Assembly: GCA_041674765.1 (NCBI GenBank) | Contig: JBAYVE010000001.1 | Coordinates: 134,177-198,176, forward strand | Source: Patescibacteria group bacterium | Lineage (GTDB): Bacteria; Patescibacteriota; UBA1384; XYA2-FULL-43-10; 1-14-0-10-43-13 | DNA: 64,000 nt | Direction of reading: 5' to 3' | In this document: one piece after another, positions 58,835-64,000 of the stretch | Layout of the letters: each line of letters opens with the position of its first letter | Position numbering within the stretch: position 1 is the stretch's first letter | Made by a program: the position numbers and the translations under genes | The notes under the pieces: generated by a model | Database searches by the model: none | What the model was told of the DNA's origin: nothing | What the model saw: the letters and a program-made list of their open reading frames with translations, nothing else

Positions 58835-59443
58835 ATGAATATGAATTGCATAATCATCCACGGTGGGCCTGGGGACGAGAAGCCAAGCATTGACCACAAG
58901 ATGGGCGAAATGCATTGGATGGGCTGGGCAAAAGAAAGACTAAATTCGTTGGGAATTGAAACCACCAATCCTGCTATGCCTGATCCGTGGAATCCTCGCT
59001 ACGAGGACTACAAAAAAGAATTCGAAAAATTTCTTGTCGACGAAAACACGATATTAATCGGCCATAGCCGTGGTTGTGCTTTTCTAGTTCATTGGCTTGG
59101 GGATTCAAAACAAAAGATTAAGAAATTAATATTGGTAGCTCCCTGGAAGGTTTCAGTAGATGATATCGGCGAGGAAAAGCTAAAGACAAAATTTTATGAT
59201 TTTAAAATTGACCCATCGATCAAAGACAGGGCTGGAGAAATAGTTTATTTCACTTCCAATGACGAAGATATCGAGGGTAAGGAAAGTCTAAAAATTTATC
59301 ACGATGCGATCGGTGGAAAAATAATTGAGCTGCCAAATCATGGCCACTATACCCTTGAAGATATGGGCACGGATGAATTTCCGGAGTTGATTGATGCGAC
59401 AAAAACTAATCGCCCCATGTGGTGGGGCGATTGCAAAAAATAA
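58835..59443 (+). CDS. alpha/beta hydrolase (RBBP9/YdeN-like serine hydrolase)
   Basis: GxSxG nucleophile elbow IGHSRGC. Size around 200 aa. Confidence 0.6.
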   Translation: MNMNCIIIHGGPGDEKPSIDHKMGEMHWMGWAKERLNSLGIETTNPAMPDPWNPRYEDYKKEFEKFLVDENTILIGHSRGCAFLVHWLGDSKQKIKKLILVAPWKVSVDDIGEEKLKTKFYDFKIDPSIKDRAGEIVYFTSNDEDIEGKESLKIYHDAIGGKIIELPNHGHYTLEDMGTDEFPELIDATKTNRPMWWGDCKK

Positions 59444-59450
59444 GGAGATT

Positions 59451-60329
59451 ATGTCAGAAATATCAAAGGGTTGGGAGAATCAGGTTTATCGGCCGTATTC
59501 GGAACTAAAAGTTAGCAATCCTGAAGATCTGGATACTTGGGGCAATGCTTTCCGAGATGGAGAGCTTATAAATGCCTATACAGACGAGAGACTTATTGCT
59601 GATGTTTTTACAAAACCAATTTCTGCTGTTGAGTATTCTTCTGAGGAGCCCTTTTTGCTTGCCGATTTTGGCTCAGCTGAGGGTTATGTTGCTTATACAG
59701 TTTCGACTCAACTACAGAGTAATGGAATACAGGTCCAGCCAATCGGTCTAGATTCAAACTCAAAAAGTCTTGAATTGATGAAGCAAAGATTCCCATCGGT
59801 TAGAGGAATTGAAGCTGATTTATCAAATATTTCCTTAGATCAAAATTCGATTGATGCTGGGATTTTGCGTTTTACCTTGCCTTATTTTGGAGAAAAGGCA
59901 CAACCGTTGGTTCTTCAGCAAATTAATAGAGTATTAAAAAACGGTGGTCGAGTCGTTATTTCTCATGATGGAGCATACAGTGACGATCTAGGCAGCTCAT
60001 ACAATCAATTTTTTGCAGAGGCGACTGCAGCAGTAATGGATAAGCCCATCGAAGTAGTAAAAGCGAGCCGCCATTTTCCATCTTGCGAAGCTTTGCAAAG
60101 GATGGCCAATTTAACGGGATATAAGATAGCAGATGCTAGAGACTTAACAGAAGATGTTGTTAGTTTTTTGTCGCCAGAAGCTTATGCATCAAGGTTCAGT
60201 ATGACCGAGGCGCAGCAAGACAACCTTCATCAGGTTTTTGAAACATGGAAAAATCGAGGTGTCCTGCCCTTTGATCCGCAGACACTTAGGGTCCGCCGCC
60301 CAATGTATTCGTGTGTGCTAGATAAGTAG
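59451..60329 (+). CDS. class I SAM-dependent methyltransferase (UbiE-like, small-molecule type)
   Basis: AAGGAG Shine-Dalgarno. Motif I LLADFGSAEG, post-I GLD, and ADLSNISLDQNSIDAGIL...VLKNGGRVVIS. Confidence 0.65.
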   Translation: MSEISKGWENQVYRPYSELKVSNPEDLDTWGNAFRDGELINAYTDERLIADVFTKPISAVEYSSEEPFLLADFGSAEGYVAYTVSTQLQSNGIQVQPIGLDSNSKSLELMKQRFPSVRGIEADLSNISLDQNSIDAGILRFTLPYFGEKAQPLVLQQINRVLKNGGRVVISHDGAYSDDLGSSYNQFFAEATAAVMDKPIEVVKASRHFPSCEALQRMANLTGYKIADARDLTEDVVSFLSPEAYASRFSMTEAQQDNLHQVFETWKNRGVLPFDPQTLRVRRPMYSCVLDK

Positions 60330-60477
60330 TTGAGAATGCGGAAGAAGTGTGCGGGAGCCTTTAATTTGGAAAAGCCAAATCCTCATTTTTATTAAATTGC
60401 TATTTGGAATAGAATTCTAGTCCTAGCTTGACACCTTCTTGAGTAGTCTAGGGTTGGTGTTGAATCTATGACGGTTG

Positions 60478-61665
60478 TTAAATAAAACAATCCCTTGAAT
60501 TTAAAATATTGTTTTCCTTGCATTTAAAACAATTATAGTTGCAATTTACTAATTCAATTCCTAAATCCTCAGAATTTAAAAGTATTCTCATCCCTTGTCT
60601 GAGTACTTTCTCTCTTTTTTCTGAAAATTCCGGTTCAAAACCGATTTTCGCCAACATTTTTTCATCAAGTAAATTCCAGCTATTTGGCACAAACTGATAA
60701 TTTTTACGCAAATCCTTTGATATTCTTTCTCTAGGAATTACTATTCCAACAGGATTAGTTTGCCCACAATATCGACATTCGGTTAGTAGTCTTACATCGT
60801 CTTTGAATTCCAAGCAATCTGTTGACTGAAACTCTTCTGTCGCCCAGTAGAACTTTAGTTCTCCAAACTGTGTTCTTATTTCATCAAATTTTTGCCCAAA
60901 AACTTGCGGAAATTTACGATTGATTATTTTTTCACATCTATCAATATCTGGATGACTATTAAGATAGGCGTCAGAAATCTTTTCAAGCATTTTAGGTGAG
61001 ATTGAATAAGGCATTGACCCCACGGCCCATATTCCAGAGGAATGCAGTATAACGAGACAAAAAATAGATCCGGCCTTACTATCAAAAGTCAATAAACAAG
61101 GCTGAGCATCAAAGCATCGTGAAGGGAAATTTTGTTGAAAGCTTACGCCGTATCCCCAAGGCACACTATTGCCGCCATTTAAGACAAAGTTGATTAAGTC
61201 ATGAAAATTCTCCTTGCAATAGGCAACGCCATGTTTGCAAGCTATCGAATTTACTAGACATTTATGTATCGCTCTTAAAAATTTTTCATTAGTGGTTAAA
61301 GTCACGGGATTGTTTAAGAAAAAGGTACCTCCATCTTTATTTAATCCGTTTTCATCAACTCTGGATACGGTCATTTCATCAATGCCTTGTAAAAAAATCT
61401 TATTCTTTTCTCTCTGTCTCTTTTCGTCGCCACCACCTTTTCTTTTCCCCCTAATTCTAGGATTTCGTTGGTAGGCAAGCATCATCATTGGATGACCGTT
61501 CCGTATCCAGACATCAAGTTTGCTGAATTTTTGATTGCAGTCATCGCAAACTAAACCCTTCTCCATCTTATCCTTGCCGCCGATACATTCAGGAATAATA
61601 TGTTCTTGCCCCTTGCAGTTAGAGGTATTATTATCGCACCATAAACAAATATTTTTCTTTTCCAT
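60478..61665 (-). CDS. HNH-endonuclease-domain protein with an uncharacterised roughly 300-aa C-terminal domain
   Basis: N-terminal CLWC...HIIPECIGG...CDDCN HNH/zinc-finger signature. Basic linker. C-terminal domain with no recognisable motif. Confidence 0.55.
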   Translation of the reverse strand: MEKKNICLWCDNNTSNCKGQEHIIPECIGGKDKMEKGLVCDDCNQKFSKLDVWIRNGHPMMMLAYQRNPRIRGKRKGGGDEKRQREKNKIFLQGIDEMTVSRVDENGLNKDGGTFFLNNPVTLTTNEKFLRAIHKCLVNSIACKHGVAYCKENFHDLINFVLNGGNSVPWGYGVSFQQNFPSRCFDAQPCLLTFDSKAGSIFCLVILHSSGIWAVGSMPYSISPKMLEKISDAYLNSHPDIDRCEKIINRKFPQVFGQKFDEIRTQFGELKFYWATEEFQSTDCLEFKDDVRLLTECRYCGQTNPVGIVIPRERISKDLRKNYQFVPNSWNLLDEKMLAKIGFEPEFSEKREKVLRQGMRILLNSEDLGIELVNCNYNCFKCKENNILNSRDCFI

Positions 61666-62069
61666 TAACTGATTTTAGAACTGATTCCTCGCCAATACAA
61701 TCCTTTTATCAATTTTTTCGCCCTAAATTGTGGATTTCAGGGGACGCCTCCACAATTAAATACTGTTTTGGTGATAAGTAATTTTTTGAACCTCAATTCT
61801 TTTTGGCGTAGAATTAAGGAAATAATAAGTGGGAGAAATATGGTTATAGATATTGAACTAACTTTGAATAGATTAGGGCTGGGGAAAATTGCCGATAATA
61901 AATTCCAACTCTTTTGGCTGAGATTTTCTCATTGGGACATTCCCGGTAAATATTCTATTTCTTTTGAAATAAACTGGGTTAATAAAGAGAGGTGGAATAA
62001 AAAATAGTTCGCGAAACCAGTGACCTCTGACTAAGGAATGATTTTTATTATCTTTCAATTATTTCGGGA

Positions 62070-62105
62070 TATTTGAACGATCGTTCAAATATCCCGAAAA
62101 ATGAT
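62070..62105. promoter_or_regulatory. perfect 36-bp palindrome upstream of the 62191 gene (candidate operator)
   Basis: TTCGGGATATTTGAACGATCGTTCAAATATCCCGAA. A related copy lies at 62738-62773. Confidence 0.6.
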
Positions 62106-62190
62106 AAAATATATTCTGTAAGGTTGGTTTTAATTGCAGTTCAATTGTCACTTCATTCATTACAGACAAATAATAAGGAAGGGGGTAAGC

Positions 62191-62736
62191 ATGTATATCA
62201 GTTCAAAAAATTCTGGCAAGATCATGGGGTGGGCGGTCGAATCGGTCCTCGGATTGCTCTATGGCGCGACTATTGCAGTTGGCAAAAAGTTGGATCGAAA
62301 AGGCCTGACTCATTTTTTCAATGGCCACTATGCTGATGCGGGTATCGACAACGTCAAAATCTCTAAAATGGTCTATGATCTTAAGCGAAGTAACTATCTG
62401 GATTTCGATAACTCTGACTCCGTTGTCTTTACCAATAAAGCGAAAATGAAAATTATTGATAAGCTAACAGCTGATTTAAATATTACCAAAAAGTACCATC
62501 TGATTTCCTTTGACATTCCAGAGGCCAAAAGAGCGAATAGAAACCGTTTTCGCAGGGTGATCAAGCGAATGGGATTTAAACAAATTCAAAAAAGTTTATG
62601 GGTCAATACTAGAGATGTCGGCGAACTGGTGGAGGCCGCCGCGATCGAATATAATGTCAATCAATACGTCGCTTATTTCATTTCCGAGAAATCAAATATT
62701 GATCAATTTATTTCTAAAATTATAACCGAGCAATAA
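62191..62736 (+). CDS. hypothetical protein whose C-terminal domain shows a Cas2/VapD-like sequence pattern
   Basis: AAGGAAGGGGG Shine-Dalgarno. C-terminal KKYHLISFDIPEAKRANRNRFRRVIKRMGFKQIQKSLWV fits the Cas2 pattern (hhhYDI...RR..L.K.L...G.R.Q.SVF). No cas1 gene and no CRISPR array nearby. Confidence 0.4.
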   Translation: MYISSKNSGKIMGWAVESVLGLLYGATIAVGKKLDRKGLTHFFNGHYADAGIDNVKISKMVYDLKRSNYLDFDNSDSVVFTNKAKMKIIDKLTADLNITKKYHLISFDIPEAKRANRNRFRRVIKRMGFKQIQKSLWVNTRDVGELVEAAAIEYNVNQYVAYFISEKSNIDQFISKIITEQ

Positions 62737-62950
62737 TTCGGGAAAATAGAACGATCGTTCATATATCACGAATTATTAAGTTAAGACAGTTTTTTAAATG
62801 TTTTATTCAAGTTTGTTCCCAAGTTTGTTGCAGTTAGAATTCATCGGTGATTATTCAATTGCCGGCATTTTTGGCGTAGAATGAAGGAAATATCTTTTCG
62901 CTTTTCGAGCGACAGAGGGGACTCGGAATACTAAATATTAAAAAAATAGT

Positions 62951-63736
62951 TTGGGAGGGATGATGTGGATGTGGCCGAGAAACAAATCCTCAATAAAATG
63001 GATTTTAATAGGAACTTTGCTTTTACTTGCCATTGGACTGTTATTAGCATTATTTCTTAAACCGGAAAAAACCTCAGGAAATATTCCGCAGTTTATCCAA
63101 GCTGATTTCATCGATCTGGATAGAATCGCTACCATCTCCAAGTTCCGCTCAAATTCCGGCCATGATTTCTCGCAGGGCACAGGAGAGACTTGCCGGAGTA
63201 TGAAGCATTATTTTAATATCGCTTATTCCGATGAATCAGGGCGTGCATGGGCTGCCAACAACGGCGTACCACCTGCTCCGGACGGTAAAAACGATATAAA
63301 AATATACAGCCCCGTTGATGGTAAGATCGTCACAATTCAAAAAGAGCAATCCGTTGGAGAGCAGATTTACATCCGGCCGGATAGTAGCCCAGAGTACACG
63401 ATTCGGCTATTTCATGTTTATAAACAAGAAGGCATAAAAAAGGGCAAAAAGGTGAAGGCCGGCGAGCAAATCGGTGTGATTGGTCGGTATCAAAATACGG
63501 ATATTGCAATTCAAACAGGGGGCGGATTTAAATCAAATTTCATTTCCTATTTTCAAGCGATGCCTGATTCAATTTTTGCCAATTATATTGCACGCGGCGC
63601 AAAGAGCCGAGAGCAGTTTATGATTACAAAGGAATACCGTGATGCCCATCCTTTGGAATGCAACGGCGAACAATTTGACGGAAATTATGACAATCACCAG
63701 ACCGAAGAGAATTTTGTTTTCTTATCGTCAGAATAG
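62951..63736 (+). CDS. hypothetical membrane-anchored secreted protein
   Basis: N-terminal TM helix. No clear catalytic motif. Confidence 0.4.
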   Translation: MGGMMWMWPRNKSSIKWILIGTLLLLAIGLLLALFLKPEKTSGNIPQFIQADFIDLDRIATISKFRSNSGHDFSQGTGETCRSMKHYFNIAYSDESGRAWAANNGVPPAPDGKNDIKIYSPVDGKIVTIQKEQSVGEQIYIRPDSSPEYTIRLFHVYKQEGIKKGKKVKAGEQIGVIGRYQNTDIAIQTGGGFKSNFISYFQAMPDSIFANYIARGAKSREQFMITKEYRDAHPLECNGEQFDGNYDNHQTEENFVFLSSE

Positions 63737-63763
63737 CACTAATTAATCATAAGGAGTAAACCA

Positions 63764-64000
63764 ATGTGGAAGTGGCTTAAGTGGGTTCTTATTTCAGTCG
63801 GTATTTTGATCTTGGCGGGAGCAATTTTTCTTCTGCAACCGTGGGTGTTTTTGCCTCATAAACATATTGAGATCTCATTGCCTTTTTCGCCGGAGGTTGA
63901 TTCTTATACCGACTTTATCCCGATGGGAGAGATGCTTTATCATGATGCTTCAAACGGCAATCCAAACGGTCATCCCGGGATCGATTTTGGCTGGGAAAAA
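63764..64000 (+). CDS. partial membrane-anchored protein with an M23-peptidase-like HxGxD motif (3' end outside the window)
   Basis: N-terminal TM helix. NGHPGIDFG resembles the M23 HxxxD zinc site. The ORF continues past the window end. Confidence 0.35.
   Translation, partial: MWKWLKWVLISVGILILAGAIFLLQPWVFLPHKHIEISLPFSPEVDSYTDFIPMGEMLYHDASNGNPNGHPGIDFGWEK

Noticed and set aside
59451-61665. Convergent methyltransferase plus HNH nuclease as a type II restriction-modification pair
   Set aside because: The methyltransferase has UbiE-like small-molecule motifs (motif I DFGSAEG, post-I GLD, LKNGGRVVIS). It lacks DNA-methyltransferase motif IV ((D/N/S)PP(Y/F)) or PCQ/ENV motifs, and has no target-recognition domain.
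61768-62336. Small ORFs (79, 61 and 87 aa) between the HNH gene and the Cas2-like gene
   Set aside because: No Shine-Dalgarno and low complexity. The region instead carries the 36-bp palindrome and the probable promoter/operator of the 62191 gene.

Overview
The window is an AT-rich, compact bacterial chromosome segment with mostly small genes. It carries a four-helix-bundle protein, a GxxExxY/PD-(D/E)XK protein, a SET-domain protein and many NUDIX/HD/HAD house-cleaning enzymes. This gene set suggests a CPR/Patescibacteria-like organism (inference). The core genes are lepB, rpsT, a GDP-sugar operon (epimerase, phosphohexomutase-like, mannose-1-P guanylyltransferase), PspC/LiaF-like envelope-stress modules, nrnA, rpsO-pnp, a family-4 UDG, RNase J, ftsK, a rodZ-like gene, recA-recX, ppsA, tRNA-Ser(GGA), alr, dnaG-rpoD, mug, and an ArsR-permease pair. 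The main finding is a HUH-family REP-associated tyrosine transposase (RAYT) at 57415-57960. It is flanked on both sides by same-orientation arrays of about 55-bp tandem units, each starting with GTAG and carrying a 20-nt GC-rich palindrome. Degenerate copies and modules of the same repeat families are scattered through GC-rich intergenic islands near 24.8-25.2 kb, 28.0 kb and 51.0-51.9 kb; the last also holds a large nested inverted-repeat structure whose 3' arm overlaps the mug start (the 22-bp and 12-bp arm pairs are perfect; the innermost 11-bp pair could not be confirmed against the sequence). Other observations: several GC-rich single-gene islets with their own promoter and terminator, a cluster of nucleotide-sanitation enzymes with EamA exporters, a frameshifted P-loop kinase, a 28-codon SDR gene remnant, and an accessory island downstream of the RAYT holding an HNH-domain protein and a Cas2/VapD-like gene bracketed by 36-bp palindromes. 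There is no CRISPR array and no rRNA.
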